Assembly: GCA_963796455.1 (NCBI GenBank)
Contig: CAWCLO010000010.1
Span: forward strand, 576,001 to 640,000
Direction of reading: 5' to 3'
Length of the DNA: 64,000 nt
Origin: Candidatus Sulfomarinibacteraceae bacterium
Lineage (GTDB): Bacteria; Acidobacteriota; Thermoanaerobaculia; Thermoanaerobaculales; Sulfomarinibacteraceae
Each line of letters opens with the position of its first letter. The first letter of the stretch is position 1. Positions 1 through 14,623 of this stretch are shown here, piece after piece. Made by a program: the position numbers and the translations under genes. The notes under the pieces were generated by a model, which had not been told where the DNA came from, did not search any database, and was given only the letters and a program-made list of their open reading frames with translations.

Positions 1-1346
1 ATGAATGGAGCGTGGCGCAATTCGATGGAGTGCAGGAATAGCTGATAGAGGGCCCACAGGAGCGGCAACTGGACCAGAAGGGGCAGGCACCCCGCCATCG
101 GGTTGATGCCCTCTTCCTTGTACAGGGCCATCATCTCCTGGTTCATGTTGGCGCGCGCCTGTGGATCGGTCTTCTTCTTCTTGTATTTGGCCTGAATCTC
201 TTTGACCCGCGGCTGCACCTTGGACATTTTCCGCATCGAGACCGTCGAGGTGTGCATCAGGGGAAAGAGCACGATCCTGATACCGAGCGTCAAAAGAATG
301 ATCGCAAAGCCCCAGTTGCCGACGTGGCCATAAATCCACCGCATCGCCTTGAGAAAGAAAATGGAGATCGGGCTGAAGATTCCGAAATCGAGGGATTCCT
401 CGATCCCCGCGTCGATCTCCTTCAGTAGATTATATTCTTTTGGCGCGCCGAGTAACTGGCCGCGGAGCACGCCCCGGCTGGGTGTCGCCGTGATCCGCAA
501 CACTCGGTCGGCTTTGTCCTCACCTTCGGCAAGTTGGAACGGTTCGATTCGAATCTCGCCGATCCCCCCGTCCGGCCGGAGCACGTTCAAGAAATACGCA
601 TCCTCGAAGCCCGCATAAGAAAGCGTCACGGGCCTCAGGACCCGGGTCTCACTGACCTTGGCGCGCTTGATTCGTTCGACCTCGCCATCAGCCATGATGA
701 TGGCCTCGCCCCACAGGGCGAGCCTGCTGTCGGCTTCGCTCTCGCTGAGGTCCCGCATCCCGGTCCCGATGCTGACGGGTGCGTTGGCCAGGGAACCGGT
801 GGCCGTGATCTCGACGTCGAGGCCGTAGCCTTCCGGACTCAGGGTGATTATTTTGGTCACCGCGTCGCCGCGGCCGTCCGCCCATCGCAAGATCGCGCCA
901 CCGCCGATGTCTTCGATCTCATAAAGCGCTTCATCAGGGCCGGCCGGGGTCAGTAGCTGCAACGGGAGCGCGCGCTCTTTGTGGGGCACGGTTTGAATCA
1001 GGTCGAGCGGTTCACCAGCGTCTCCATCGTAACCACGAAGCTGATATGAGGTGACCGCCGCGCCGCGATTGCTCACCACGACAACGATGTTCTCGTTTTC
1101 GAGGGTGAGGTCTTCTGCCTGCGCCGCCGCAGTAGCCGCGACCGCTGCGGGTGCCGCTTCCGCTGGCGCCGGCTCTTCGGCCAACGGCAGCGCCGGCTCC
1201 GTCGTTGGATCCGCGCCGCCCCGGTCCGTGACCGGTACCGGCGTCGGACTCGGCGGGACCGACCGCTCCGGGGGTGGGAAGATGACCGACCACGCCAAGA
1301 GGATCGCGGCCGACAAAACGAATGCCAGGAGTAGTCTCTTCTCCAT
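1..1346 (-). CDS. yidC: Membrane protein insertase YidC (3' end runs off the window)
   Basis: Read manually from ATG at 1346: MEKRLLLAFVLSAAILAWSVIFPPP... then IDFGIFSPISIFFLKAMRWIY..GNWGFAIILLT..GINPMAGCLPLLVQLPLLW. Canonical position after rnpA. Confidence 0.95.
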   Translation of the reverse strand, partial: MEKRLLLAFVLSAAILLAWSVIFPPPERSVPPSPTPVPVTDRGGADPTTEPALPLAEEPAPAEAAPAAVAATAAAQAEDLTLENENIVVVVSNRGAAVTSYQLRGYDGDAGEPLDLIQTVPHKERALPLQLLTPAGPDEALYEIEDIGGGAILRWADGRGDAVTKIITLSPEGYGLDVEITATGSLANAPVSIGTGMRDLSESEADSRLALWGEAIIMADGEVERIKRAKVSETRVLRPVTLSYAGFEDAYFLNVLRPDGGIGEIRIEPFQLAEGEDKADRVLRITATPSRGVLRGQLLGAPKEYNLLKEIDAGIEESLDFGIFSPISIFFLKAMRWIYGHVGNWGFAIILLTLGIRIVLFPLMHTSTVSMRKMSKVQPRVKEIQAKYKKKKTDPQARANMNQEMMALYKEEGINPMAGCLPLLVQLPLLWALYQLFLHSIELRHAPF

Positions 1347-1367
1347 TATCTGGGATTACCTCGCCTA

Positions 1368-1760
1368 TCAGTTCCGGTCGGCCCGGTTGCGCCCGCTCGT
1401 CCTGCGTTCGGCCTGTTCCGTCGCCCGCTCGAGGCTCGCGAGAAAATCCCCTTCGAGTTCGGTCCATGGCGCCGTCGCGACGCTCCCGCGAGCATTGGCG
1501 ACAATGTCCCACGACCCGACCTGAAGGCGCCTCCTTGAAAGACGATAGAGCTCTCGCAGCCGTCGCTTTATTCGCGACCTGCGCACAGCAATACCGACTT
1601 TTCGCGAAGCGGTCACACCGAAGCGCCCTTCCCCGAGCATCACAAACAGTACGACGTGCTTTCCGGAAACTCGAAATCCGTGTCTGTAGATCTTTTGAAA
1701 ATCGGCCCGTCGTTTCAGACGAGCCGATGCTGGGAAATCGAGCCGAAGATCAGACGGCAA
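1368..1760 (-). CDS. rnpA: Ribonuclease P protein component
   Basis: [34 protein letters not shown] (RNR-type motif); follows rpmH. Confidence 0.93.
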   Translation of the reverse strand: MPSDLRLDFPASARLKRRADFQKIYRHGFRVSGKHVVLFVMLGEGRFGVTASRKVGIAVRRSRIKRRLRELYRLSRRRLQVGSWDIVANARGSVATAPWTELEGDFLASLERATEQAERRTSGRNRADRN

Positions 1761-1884
1761 CCCGCTTGCGACCCTTCAGACGGCGAGAACGGATGACCTT
1801 ACGACCACCCTTGGTGCGCATACGAACCCGAAATCCATGGGTTTTTTTGCGCTTCCGGTTGTTGGGCTGAAATGTTCTTTTCAT
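1750..1884 (-). CDS. rpmH: 50S ribosomal protein L34
   Basis: 44 aa [44 protein letters not shown]. Confidence 0.98.
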   Translation of the reverse strand: MKRTFQPNNRKRKKTHGFRVRMRTKGGRKVIRSRRLKGRKRVAV

Positions 1885-1917
1885 GGCTCTCTCTCTTCCC
1901 CAAGTGTTGGGCGCGCC

Positions 1918-1946
1918 ACGATATCGCACGCAATCATGGCTGTCAA
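1918..1946 (-). promoter_or_regulatory. Sigma70-type promoter of rpmH-rnpA-yidC
   Basis: Minus strand TTGACA-N17-TATCGT. Confidence 0.7.
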
Positions 1947-1966
1947 GCGACGGCCGAGACAAGGTG

Positions 1967-1975
1967 TGTTAGCCT
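1967..1975 (+). promoter_or_regulatory. Extended -10 element of dnaA (probably leaderless)
   Basis: TGnTAGCCT followed by 6 nt and then the ATG; no SD. Confidence 0.55.
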
Positions 1976-1981
1976 ACCCCG

Positions 1982-3274
1982 ATGGACCATTGGCAGCACC
2001 TCCAGCCGCATCTTCGTCAGATGATGGGGGACGACGAGTACGCGACCTGGATCGCTCCCCTCGCCGTCCGGGAGGTCGCCGACAACACCCTCACCTTGAC
2101 CACCGACAACGCGATCGTCAGCGACTGGGTGCGGGATCACCTCCTGCGAGACATTGAAACCGTGGCACGCAGCCATTTCGGTTCCGGGTTTCGCATCCGC
2201 CTGGCCATCGATGAGACGCCGGGCGCGGTGGTGACCCCGCCCGGCAGTACCTCGGCGGCGGGTTTCGCGGCCCACCCCTTCGACCCCGGATTCACCTTCG
2301 AGCGCTTTGTGATCGGAACCTCGAATCAGTTCGCCGCCGCCGCGGCCGAGGCTGTGGCCGATCGGCCCGGCAAGGCATATAACCCGCTCTACCTTTATGG
2401 CGGTTCGGGGCTCGGAAAGACCCACCTCCTCCACGCGATCGCCAATCGACTCAGCGGTTCAAAGCTCAAGATCGTCTATCTGACCACCGAGCAGTTCGTC
2501 AACGACCTGATCAACTGCATCCGGCGTAAACAAATGGATGCCTTTCGCCAGACGTTTCGCGGTGTCGACCTCCTGCTCCTCGACGACATCCAGTTCATCG
2601 CCGGGAAAGAACGGACGCAGGAGGAGTTCTTCCACACCTTTAACACCCTGCAGTCCACCGGTCGCCAGGTGGTCTTTACCTCGGACGCCCGCCCCTCGGA
2701 TATCCCCGGTCTCGAAGAACGCCTCCGGTCGCGCTTCCTCCAGGGCCTGCTGGCCGACATTCAGCCGCCGGACCTGGAAACCCGGTGCGCGATCTTGCGG
2801 GAGAAAGCGAGGGCTTTTGGCCGCGAGCTTCCGGAAGACGTCGTCCTTTTCATATCGCGGCGAGTTCAGAACAACGTCCGTGAGCTCGAAGGGTGCCTCA
2901 ATCGAACCATCGCTTATGCCCAGTTGAAAAACGCCAAGCTGTCGGTCGATGTGGTGCGAATGGCTCTCTTCGAATTGTTGCCCGAAGAACGCGAGACCTC
3001 GCCTTCGGACATCATTCGTTTTGTGGCGCAACACTATGGGATCCGGGTCGCGGACCTCAAAGGTCGCTCCAATCGGCGCTCGATCGCGCTGCCTCGCCAG
3101 GTCGCGATGTACCTGATCCGCGATATCCTCGAACTCAGCTTTCCCGAAATCGGCAAGATCTTTTCCAAACACCACTCTACGGTGATGTATGCGGTGGACA
3201 ACGTACAAAAAATGCGGCTCTCAAATCCCGACTTCGATGCCACGTTGACCTCATTTCGCGATCACTTTGCTTAA
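1982..3274 (+). CDS. dnaA: Chromosomal replication initiator DnaA
   Basis: YNPLYLYGGSGLGKTHLL, LLLLDDIQF, NVRELEG, RQVAMYL, HHSTVMYA. Confidence 0.99.
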   Translation: MDHWQHLQPHLRQMMGDDEYATWIAPLAVREVADNTLTLTTDNAIVSDWVRDHLLRDIETVARSHFGSGFRIRLAIDETPGAVVTPPGSTSAAGFAAHPFDPGFTFERFVIGTSNQFAAAAAEAVADRPGKAYNPLYLYGGSGLGKTHLLHAIANRLSGSKLKIVYLTTEQFVNDLINCIRRKQMDAFRQTFRGVDLLLLDDIQFIAGKERTQEEFFHTFNTLQSTGRQVVFTSDARPSDIPGLEERLRSRFLQGLLADIQPPDLETRCAILREKARAFGRELPEDVVLFISRRVQNNVRELEGCLNRTIAYAQLKNAKLSVDVVRMALFELLPEERETSPSDIIRFVAQHYGIRVADLKGRSNRRSIALPRQVAMYLIRDILELSFPEIGKIFSKHHSTVMYAVDNVQKMRLSNPDFDATLTSFRDHFA

Positions 3275-3516
3275 AATTCCGCAGCCCGATTGTGGACAAA
3301 CTGTGATCGGGTTGTCGAAGCCTGTGGAAAACTCGAGTCTTCCACAAAGACCAACAGACCGCCGGTCTTTTTCAACAGCCGCCTGTCGGTACGCAACATG
3401 CGAATTTTCAGTTATTTAATGGTCTTTTCCGCAGATTCCACAGCCTCGACGATGACGATGATTCATGTTATATTTCGACCCGGTTAGTACACCGTCGTAT
3501 AGAGAAAGGGCAGTTG
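3275..3516. promoter_or_regulatory. Replication origin oriC (dnaA-dnaN intergenic)
   Basis: DnaA-box-like 9-mers TGTGGACAA 3291, TGTGGAAAA 3323, TCTTCCACA 3338, TTTTCAACA 3369, TTTTCCGCA 3425, GATTCCACA 3434; AT-rich patches; trinucleotide repeat after the last box. Confidence 0.85.
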
Positions 3517-4620
3517 ATGGAACTCAAACTGCAGCGTAACCTGGTGCTCCAGGAGCTTTCGATCCTCCAAGGAGTGGTCGAACATCGAACGACGATTCCG
3601 ATCCTCTCCAGCATCCTCACCGAGGCCGAAGAGAATCGCATGCGGATGGTCGCGACGGATCTCGATATGACGATCGTCACCGAGTGTCCTGCGGCAGTCC
3701 ACGGCGGCGGACGAGCCACCCTCGAGAGCAAGGTCTTCCAGAATCTGGTCAGGAGCTTGCCGGAGGAGGAGTTCACCCTGCGACAGGACGGCGATGCGGT
3801 CGAGATCACCTGCGGACGGTTTCATTCCAGAATGGCGGTTTCGGACCCTTCCGAGTATCCGACGGTACCGGATGTTCCCGAAGCCGGGGACTATGCTCTG
3901 CCCCTCAGCCTCTTTCAGCTGATGTTGGATCGGGTGGCCTTCGCGATCACCAAGGATGACCCGAAATTTCAGCTCAATGGTGCGCTGGTGAAGCTCATCC
4001 CGGGAGAGATAGAAATTGCGGCCACCGATGGTCATCGCCTGGCGATGGTTCGTGCCAAGGCGCCGGCCGGTGATCCTCCCTTCGAACAACAACTTTTTCC
4101 GCGCAAACTTTTGGCAGAGTTCGCCCGCTTCGGGGACGAAGAGGTTCGCATCGCGGCGGGCGACAATCATCTCGGTTTTCTGATGGGTGAACGAACCCTG
4201 GTCTCTCGAATCGTCGAATTACGTTTTCCGCAGTATGAACGGGTCATCGTCCGCGACAACCCCAATCGGGCCCGGGTCGATCGCAAGGAGTTGTTGGCCT
4301 CGCTTCGCCGCGTCAGTCTGATGGCACACGAAAAAGCTCGCGGCGTGCGGTTTCGTTTTGATTCCGGTGGTGAGCTGACCCTGGTATCCATAGGTTATGA
4401 ACGTGGCAGCGCCGAGGAGACCCTAAGCGTGAACTATCAGGGTGACGGTCTCGAGATCGCCCTCAATGCGGCTTATATGATCGATGTGCTCCAGGTGCTG
4501 GAATGCGACATGGTGGAACTTCAGTTGCGGGACAGCAACACGCAATGTGTGGTGGTGCCGGTCGATGACGATTCGCGTCTGGAAGAGTACATCTACGTGC
4601 TCATGCCAATGCGGCTGTGA
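3517..4620 (+). CDS. dnaN: DNA polymerase III beta sliding clamp
   Basis: TIPILSSIL, ATDLD, ATDGHRLA, FPQYERVI, YVLMPMRL. Confidence 0.98.
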   Translation: MELKLQRNLVLQELSILQGVVEHRTTIPILSSILTEAEENRMRMVATDLDMTIVTECPAAVHGGGRATLESKVFQNLVRSLPEEEFTLRQDGDAVEITCGRFHSRMAVSDPSEYPTVPDVPEAGDYALPLSLFQLMLDRVAFAITKDDPKFQLNGALVKLIPGEIEIAATDGHRLAMVRAKAPAGDPPFEQQLFPRKLLAEFARFGDEEVRIAAGDNHLGFLMGERTLVSRIVELRFPQYERVIVRDNPNRARVDRKELLASLRRVSLMAHEKARGVRFRFDSGGELTLVSIGYERGSAEETLSVNYQGDGLEIALNAAYMIDVLQVLECDMVELQLRDSNTQCVVVPVDDDSRLEEYIYVLMPMRL

Positions 4621-4708
4621 GGCGGCGCAGACCGCAACCTTTTGTTCCTCGTAGGGACCATGTTGACCGATACCGCCCGACCGGTTCGAGGGTGAGGATT
4701 CCGATCGA

Positions 4709-8219
<3,511 letters not shown>

Positions 8220-10787
8220 ATGAGCGACATCCCCGACTCGCGGCAAGAGCGCATCCCGATCACGATCGAGGAAGAGCTCAAGAATTCCTACCTCGACTAC
8301 GCCATGTCTGTGATCATCGGCCGCGCCCTGCCCGATGTCAGGGACGGTCTCAAGCCCGTCCATCGCCGCATCCTCTATGGAATGTGGGAAACCGGCAACA
8401 CCGCCTCGCGCGGATATAAAAAATCGGCGCGCATCGTCGGTGATGTCATGGGTAAATACCACCCCCATGGCGATCAGGCGATCTATGACACCGCGGTCCG
8501 GATGGCGCAGGACTTCTCGATGCGCTACCCGCTGGTCGACGGCCAGGGCAACTTCGGCTCGGTCGACGGCGACTCACCGGCGGCGATGCGCTATACCGAG
8601 GTGCGCCTGACGCGATTGTCTGACTTTCTCCTCGGCGACGACATCGACAAGGAGACCATCGATTGGGCGCCCAACTACGATGGTTCTCTTGCGGAGCCGA
8701 CCGTTCTGCCGGCTCGTTTTCCGAACCTCCTGGTCAACGGGTCCTCGGGCATCGCGGTCGGGATGGCGACGAATATTCCGCCGCACAATCTTTCCGAGAC
8801 CATCGATGCCTGTATCGCCCTGCTCGGCGACCCCGAATTGTCGGTCACTGATCTCATGGATTTCGTGCCGGGGCCGGATTTCCCAACCGCCGGGTTCATC
8901 CTCGGACGCAAGGGGATCTACGACGCCTACACAACCGGCCGCGGGATCGTGCGGATGCAGGCCCGGACCCGAATTCGCGAGGTCGAAAAGGGTCGACGAG
9001 CCGCGATTATTGTCAGCGAGCTGCCGTACCAGGTGAACAAGGCCCGGCTCGTCGAACAAATCGCCGCACTGGTGCAGAACAAGCGTCTCGAGGGAATCGC
9101 CGACCTCCGCGATGAATCCGATCGGGAGGGGATCCGCGTCGTCATCGAACTCAAGCGGGATGCCGTGCCGGAAGTGGTTCGCAACAATCTTTTCAAGCTG
9201 ACGCAGATGCGGACCACGTTTGGAATCATCTTACTCGCGGTGATCAACAACCAACCACGGGTCTTCAACCTCAAGAGTCTGCTGCAGCATTTCCTCGATC
9301 ACCGGCGCGAGGTCGTCCTCCGGCGGACCGCCTTCGACCTGAAGCGGGCCCGCGAACGCGCCCACATCCTCGAGGGATTGGTCATTGCCCTCGACAACCT
9401 CGATGCGGTCATCAAACTGATTCGTGGTGCGGCGGACCCGGCGGCTGCGCGCGATGGGCTGATTCGGGAATTCGACCTCTCCGGGCTTCAGGCACAGGCC
9501 ATCCTGGATATGCGCCTGCAGCGTCTGACGGGGCTCGAGCGCGACAAGATCGTCGCCGAACACGCCGAAGTGCTCGAGCTGATCGCGCATCTCGAATCCG
9601 TCCTCGACTCCGAAGAGATGGTGGACGACATCGTTGCCGAAGAGCTCGAGAATGTGAAAATGAAATTTGGCGACGACCGCCGCACCGAACTCATCGACGA
9701 CGTGAGCGAGATCTCCATCGAAGATCTGATCGCCGAAGAAGAGATGGTGATCACCGTCTCTCGCGCCGGTTATGTCAAACGCTCGGCCGCCTCCACCTAT
9801 CGCGCCCAGCGGCGCGGTGGCCGCGGTCGCCGTGGAATGGCCACCAAAGACGAAGACGAGGTTTGGCAGCTCTTTGTCGCCTCGACCCACGCGACGATGC
9901 TCTTTTTCACCTCGGCCGGTCGGGTATTCGCGCGCAAGGTCCACGAGCTGGCCGATGTCGGGCCGGCCGCGCGCGGCCGGGCGCTCGTCAATCTCCTTCA
10001 GCTCGCACCCGACGAAAAGGTCTGCGCATTGCTCGCGGTGCGCGACTTCTCAGAACACGAAAATTCGTTCCTCTTCTTTGCCACCCGCCTCGGCCGGGTC
10101 AAACGCACGCCGCTGAAGGAATATGCCAATATTCGCGTCAACGGTTTGAAGGCGGTGGTCATCAACGAGGGTGACGATCTCCTATCGGTGCGGCTGACCC
10201 ACGGCGAACACCATGTTTTCATGGGCACAAAACAAGGCATGGGTATCCGCTTCGATGAAAACGACGCGCGCTCCATGGGGCGGGTGACGGCGGGAGTTCG
10301 CGGAATCAACCTCCGCAAGGGCGATTTTGTCGAAGAGGTGGCGATCTTCGATCCTTCAGAAGATAAAGACATCCTGGTGGTCACCGATCTCGGCTATGGC
10401 AAGAGGACGCCAATCTCGGATTTTCGCGTCCAGCGCCGAGGTGGCTACGGCATGCGCTTGATTCGACTTACCGAAAAAAACGGGGCGGTGGCCGCGATCC
10501 GTCACGTCAGCGAAGACGATGAGGTCCTGATGGTCACCGAGGGCGGGATGTTGATCCGCACCAATGTGGCAGAGATCCGGCGCATCGGCCGCGCCACCAT
10601 GGGTGTCAAGGTGATTCGTTTGAAGGAGGGCGATCGCGTGGTTTCGGTGGCGCGAGCCGAGGCCGCCGCCGACCTCGACGAAGATCTCCTCGAGACAGAC
10701 GAGGAAGCCGGCGCGGACGCCGACCAAGAGGGGGCCGATGACCGTCGGGGCGATGCGGCGGAGGATGCCTCTGGTGACGACACCTGA
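8220..10787 (+). CDS. gyrA: DNA gyrase subunit A
   Basis: [29 protein letters not shown], GyrA-box QRRGGRG, acidic tail. Confidence 0.99.
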   Translation: MSDIPDSRQERIPITIEEELKNSYLDYAMSVIIGRALPDVRDGLKPVHRRILYGMWETGNTASRGYKKSARIVGDVMGKYHPHGDQAIYDTAVRMAQDFSMRYPLVDGQGNFGSVDGDSPAAMRYTEVRLTRLSDFLLGDDIDKETIDWAPNYDGSLAEPTVLPARFPNLLVNGSSGIAVGMATNIPPHNLSETIDACIALLGDPELSVTDLMDFVPGPDFPTAGFILGRKGIYDAYTTGRGIVRMQARTRIREVEKGRRAAIIVSELPYQVNKARLVEQIAALVQNKRLEGIADLRDESDREGIRVVIELKRDAVPEVVRNNLFKLTQMRTTFGIILLAVINNQPRVFNLKSLLQHFLDHRREVVLRRTAFDLKRARERAHILEGLVIALDNLDAVIKLIRGAADPAAARDGLIREFDLSGLQAQAILDMRLQRLTGLERDKIVAEHAEVLELIAHLESVLDSEEMVDDIVAEELENVKMKFGDDRRTELIDDVSEISIEDLIAEEEMVITVSRAGYVKRSAASTYRAQRRGGRGRRGMATKDEDEVWQLFVASTHATMLFFTSAGRVFARKVHELADVGPAARGRALVNLLQLAPDEKVCALLAVRDFSEHENSFLFFATRLGRVKRTPLKEYANIRVNGLKAVVINEGDDLLSVRLTHGEHHVFMGTKQGMGIRFDENDARSMGRVTAGVRGINLRKGDFVEEVAIFDPSEDKDILVVTDLGYGKRTPISDFRVQRRGGYGMRLIRLTEKNGAVAAIRHVSEDDEVLMVTEGGMLIRTNVAEIRRIGRATMGVKVIRLKEGDRVVSVARAEAAADLDEDLLETDEEAGADADQEGADDRRGDAAEDASGDDT

Positions 10788-11370
10788 TCAATCGCGACAG
10801 GCGCCGGACGACGGCAGCCCGCGCGAGGCCATGCCGCCGGCGATACCGGCCAGCGCCATCATTCACCAGGAAGGCATGATTGCGCTCATCGCGATTGTGG
10901 CGCTGTCGTTTCGAGAAGAGGGCCTCGCGGCGGCGTTGAGCCCGCCCATTCCGCTCCTTGCTGCGATAGCGGTTGGTTTGCTGGTCGGCGGCGCGTGTTT
11001 TGCGCTCTTGTGGTTTGTGCGGCGGGTCGGTCCAATTCGTGATCTCGAGGCCTGGCAGCGCCGCATGGTCGAGGGCTGGAGTGTCACCGACATCGTGGTC
11101 GTGGCATTGGTTTCGGGCCTCGCGGAAGAGGCGCTGGTCCGCGCGCTCCTGCAACCGATCCTTGGCCTGGTACCGGCCGCGCTGCTCTTTGCCGTGCTCC
11201 ACATCGTGCCCGATCGTCGTCTTTGGTTGTGGCCGTTGCTCGCCCTGGTTCTCGGCATCGTTTTGGGTTTGGTTTTCGAACACGCGGGATATCCCGCTGC
11301 GGCGGTGGCGCACATCGCAATCAACGCCTTGTCGCTTTCGCGTTTGCGGCAGGTGGAAGAGACGGAATAA
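10774..11370 (+). CDS. CPBP (CAAX protease/Abi) family intramembrane metalloprotease
   Basis: Multi-[21 protein letters not shown] motifs; start uncertain (GTG 10774 after GGAGG). Confidence 0.8.
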   Translation: MTTPDQSRQAPDDGSPREAMPPAIPASAIIHQEGMIALIAIVALSFREEGLAAALSPPIPLLAAIAVGLLVGGACFALLWFVRRVGPIRDLEAWQRRMVEGWSVTDIVVVALVSGLAEEALVRALLQPILGLVPAALLFAVLHIVPDRRLWLWPLLALVLGIVLGLVFEHAGYPAAAVAHIAINALSLSRLRQVEETE

Positions 11371-11426
11371 TGCTTGGCGCGAAGACGCTCTTTTGTACAA
11401 TGGCCCGAGTCGCTGGAGGATAAGAA

Positions 11427-12314
11427 ATGAACAGTCAGGAAGATCAGTTTCGGGTAAAGGTCGGGCTCGCGGAGATGCTCAAGGGCGGAGTGATCATGGA
11501 TGTCACCGATGCCACTCAAGCCCGGATTGCCGAAGATGCCGGCGCCGTGGCCGTGATGGCGCTCGAGAGGGTCCCGTCGGACATCCGGGCCGATGGCGGC
11601 GTGGCCAGGATGTCCGCAATCGACATGATCAGCCAGATCCAACAGGCCGTGTCGATCCCGGTCATGGCCAAAGTTCGCATCGGCCATATCGCCGAAGCGC
11701 GGATGTTGGAAGCGCTCGAGGTAGATTTTATCGACGAGAGTGAAGTGTTGACTCCAGCTGATGACGAAAACCACGTTTCCAAACATTCGTTCAAGGTTCC
11801 CTTCGTCTGTGGTTGCCGGAATCTCGGCGAGGCCCTTCGCCGAATCGGTGAGGGTGCGGCTTTGATCCGCACCAAGGGAGAGGCCGGTTCGGGCGATATC
11901 GTCGAAGGGGTCCGCCACCTGCGGGCGGTCCAGCGTGGCATCAAGACGCTGCAAATCCTCGAGGAAGACGAATTGATGGCAGAGGCCAAGGCTCTCCAGG
12001 CGCCATTCGAACTCGTCCGCTTTGTGGCGGAAAACGGGCGGCTTCCGGTGCCCAACTTTGCCGCCGGCGGCGTCGCGACGCCGGCGGACGCTGCCCTCTG
12101 CATGATGCTGGGCGCAGAGTCGGTCTTTGTGGGTTCGGGAGTGTTCAAGAGTGACGACCCCGAGCCAAGGGGGCGGGCGATCGTTCAGGCGGTGACCCAT
12201 TGGCAGGACGCGGCCAAATTGGTCGAGATCTCGCGCGGTCTCAAGGACGCCATGTCCGGCATTGATTCGGGCAAGCTGACTCCCGAAGAAATGCTTTCCC
12301 GCCGGGGGTGGTGA
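11427..12314 (+). CDS. pdxS: Pyridoxal 5'-phosphate synthase lyase subunit
   Basis: [45 protein letters not shown]. Confidence 0.98.
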   Translation: MNSQEDQFRVKVGLAEMLKGGVIMDVTDATQARIAEDAGAVAVMALERVPSDIRADGGVARMSAIDMISQIQQAVSIPVMAKVRIGHIAEARMLEALEVDFIDESEVLTPADDENHVSKHSFKVPFVCGCRNLGEALRRIGEGAALIRTKGEAGSGDIVEGVRHLRAVQRGIKTLQILEEDELMAEAKALQAPFELVRFVAENGRLPVPNFAAGGVATPADAALCMMLGAESVFVGSGVFKSDDPEPRGRAIVQAVTHWQDAAKLVEISRGLKDAMSGIDSGKLTPEEMLSRRGW

Positions 12315-12895
12315 GCGGGGTGTCGATATGCGGCGTTCTGGCTCTGCAGGGTGATTGGGAGGCTCATCGGAGTATTCTCAGATCGCTTGGAGCCGTGACC
12401 CGAACAGTGCGCACGATTGCCGAACTCGAGACGGTCGATGCGCTGGTCATGCCGGGTGGAGAATCGACCGCAATGCTCAAGCTCATGCAGCCTGAAAATC
12501 TCGCACCGGCGCTCACACAACGAATCGAGGCCGGGATGCCGGTGCTCGCCACCTGTGCCGGAGTGATACTCCTTGCTCGATCCGTTGCACCGGAGCAGGA
12601 GAGCTTGGCTGTTTTGGCAGTCGACGTCGAACGCAATTCTTACGGCCGTCAGGTCCATTCGATGGTTGCCGAGGTCCAGCTCGTCGAGGACTTCGGCGCA
12701 CCGGGCAGCATGGAGGGGGTGTTCATTCGGGCGCCCCGAATCACAAAAGTCGATGACGGCGTCTCCGTGCTCGGCACCTGGCAGAACGACCCGGTGTTGG
12801 TGCGCCAGGGACCGATCATCGCGGCGACATTCCATCCCGAACTCACCGGCGACAGCCGCATCCACGAGTATTTTCTAAAACAAGGGGAGGCTTGA
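12311..12895 (+). CDS. pdxT: PLP synthase glutaminase subunit
   Basis: [30 protein letters not shown]. Confidence 0.97.
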   Translation: MSGVSICGVLALQGDWEAHRSILRSLGAVTRTVRTIAELETVDALVMPGGESTAMLKLMQPENLAPALTQRIEAGMPVLATCAGVILLARSVAPEQESLAVLAVDVERNSYGRQVHSMVAEVQLVEDFGAPGSMEGVFIRAPRITKVDDGVSVLGTWQNDPVLVRQGPIIAATFHPELTGDSRIHEYFLKQGEA

Positions 12896-12896
12896 A

Positions 12897-13661
12897 ATGG
12901 CTGACCATATTTTGCGACACGACGAGATTCGAGGAATCCACAAGCTGACGATGGATCACGGCGCCAATGCGCTCGACCGGCCGTTGATGAAAGCCCTTCG
13001 GAGCGAATTCCGTCAGCTCTCAGAGGCCGGGTCTCCGGCGGTCATCCTCGCGTCGGCCCATCCTTCGGTCTTCTGTCCGGGATGGAACCTCAAGCTTCTT
13101 GCCGACGCCGAACGCGAGGAGGTCGCGGACTTCCTCTCCCTGTTCAACGGGCTCGTCTATGAGCTCTTTTCATATCAAGGCCCCACCGCCGCCGCGATCA
13201 CCGGCCACGCCGTTGCTGCGGGGTGCCTCCTTGCAGTGGGTTGCGATCTGCGGGTGATGGCCTCCGGGCCGAGTCGGCAGGGGCTCTCCGAGCTCAACCT
13301 CGGGGTACCGGTGCCCTGGTCGAGCCTCCAGATGCTGCGCGCCCGGCTCAGCTCACCGGCTGTTGACGAACTCGTTTTTCGTGGAGAGGGCTGTTCGGCC
13401 GAGCGGGCCCGCGAGCTCGGTATTGTCCACCGCGTCGCGTCACGAGACGACGTGATCACGCAGACCGAGATCGAAACAGGCAAGCTCGCGGGCCGCCCGC
13501 GACGAGCTTTCGTTGAGTCCAAGAGAATGTTGCTCGGCGAGTACTGGCGTGCGATGAAGGCTCCGGCGGCGGAAGAAGATGCCGCCTTTCTCGATTGTTG
13601 GTTCGAAGAGGCCACGCAAGAACGTATCGAAGGGGTGGCAAACCGCCTCGGACAGGGATGA
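12897..13661 (+). CDS. Enoyl-CoA hydratase/isomerase family protein
   Basis: FCPGWNL, AITGHAVAAGC, GLSELNLG crotonase motifs. Confidence 0.85.
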   Translation: MADHILRHDEIRGIHKLTMDHGANALDRPLMKALRSEFRQLSEAGSPAVILASAHPSVFCPGWNLKLLADAEREEVADFLSLFNGLVYELFSYQGPTAAAITGHAVAAGCLLAVGCDLRVMASGPSRQGLSELNLGVPVPWSSLQMLRARLSSPAVDELVFRGEGCSAERARELGIVHRVASRDDVITQTEIETGKLAGRPRRAFVESKRMLLGEYWRAMKAPAAEEDAAFLDCWFEEATQERIEGVANRLGQG

Positions 13662-14605
13662 CGCCGCCCGCGCGAGGCGCCGCGCCGGAATGGGCGGATC
13701 GCGCCGCCGCCCTGGTGCGACAATGTCCTTTGCGCTGGTCCGTCGGTGCAGGACGCTCGACCGAGGAGGCGCGCGCAAGCGGCTGGTTCCTGGGGGCGGC
13801 GGAATGTGCCGCCGTTTTGTCCGAAAACCCGAAAACCCAGATCGACGCGGCTCGGGCATTCGGCGGGCGGTGGCCTCGGATTTCCGATGGCGAAACCGTG
13901 ATCGCGCCGGCGGTACCGGTCGCCCTGGGGGCTTCGGCCGTAGAGGGCGTCGACGCTGAGTACCTTCTGCAAGACAACGAACTGTGGCGGGAGGCTGCCG
14001 GGGCCCCCCATCTGTTGCTCGCCACCGACGAGGACCCTCGGCTGCAGACCGAGCCCTTTGACCTGCTGTGGTTCGGTCCCTCGGAGCGCTATCTGCTCCG
14101 TCGCGGAGTACTCGAAATCGAAGATCTTTTTGCCCGCCTTCGCACCGGGGCGTCGAGCGGCCTCCTCGATCGTCTGTTGATCCGCGGCCGCCGGCTGCCG
14201 ACCGAGATGCTGGATGGTCTGCAGGCCGCTTCGGAGACGCTGAAGACCGAGATCGAAATCGAACGCCCGGTGGCGCTCCTCGGTGGTGATCGATGGCGCG
14301 ACCCCGGGTTGTTCCTGGCTTCTCGAGCTGACGTCAATGAGGTGAGGCGGACGGGGAGCACGATCGAAATCGCCAGTGTTCACGGTGAGCAGGTCCTCTT
14401 CGAAGCCGAAGAGCACGGCGCGGGCTTCAGTCTCCAGCTGACGCGGGGGAGCTACCCTCTGACCGCTATTTCTCTCGGACTCTCGGAAGAAACGCTGGTT
14501 TTGCGTGCGGCTGTCGACGATCGGGTCGATGTCTTCGCCCCGGGGATGCGAGGGCGCCTGATCTTTGATCTGCGATCGGATCTGGTGGCGCTGGGCTCGA
14601 GTTGA
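13658..14605 (+). CDS. Hypothetical protein
   Basis: ATGA overlap with upstream gene; 315-aa ORF that fills the gap to the convergent neighbour; no motif recognised. Confidence 0.65.
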   Translation: MTPPARGAAPEWADRAAALVRQCPLRWSVGAGRSTEEARASGWFLGAAECAAVLSENPKTQIDAARAFGGRWPRISDGETVIAPAVPVALGASAVEGVDAEYLLQDNELWREAAGAPHLLLATDEDPRLQTEPFDLLWFGPSERYLLRRGVLEIEDLFARLRTGASSGLLDRLLIRGRRLPTEMLDGLQAASETLKTEIEIERPVALLGGDRWRDPGLFLASRADVNEVRRTGSTIEIASVHGEQVLFEAEEHGAGFSLQLTRGSYPLTAISLGLSEETLVLRAAVDDRVDVFAPGMRGRLIFDLRSDLVALGSS

Positions 14606-14623
14606 GCCGGCGGGACCGGGGAT

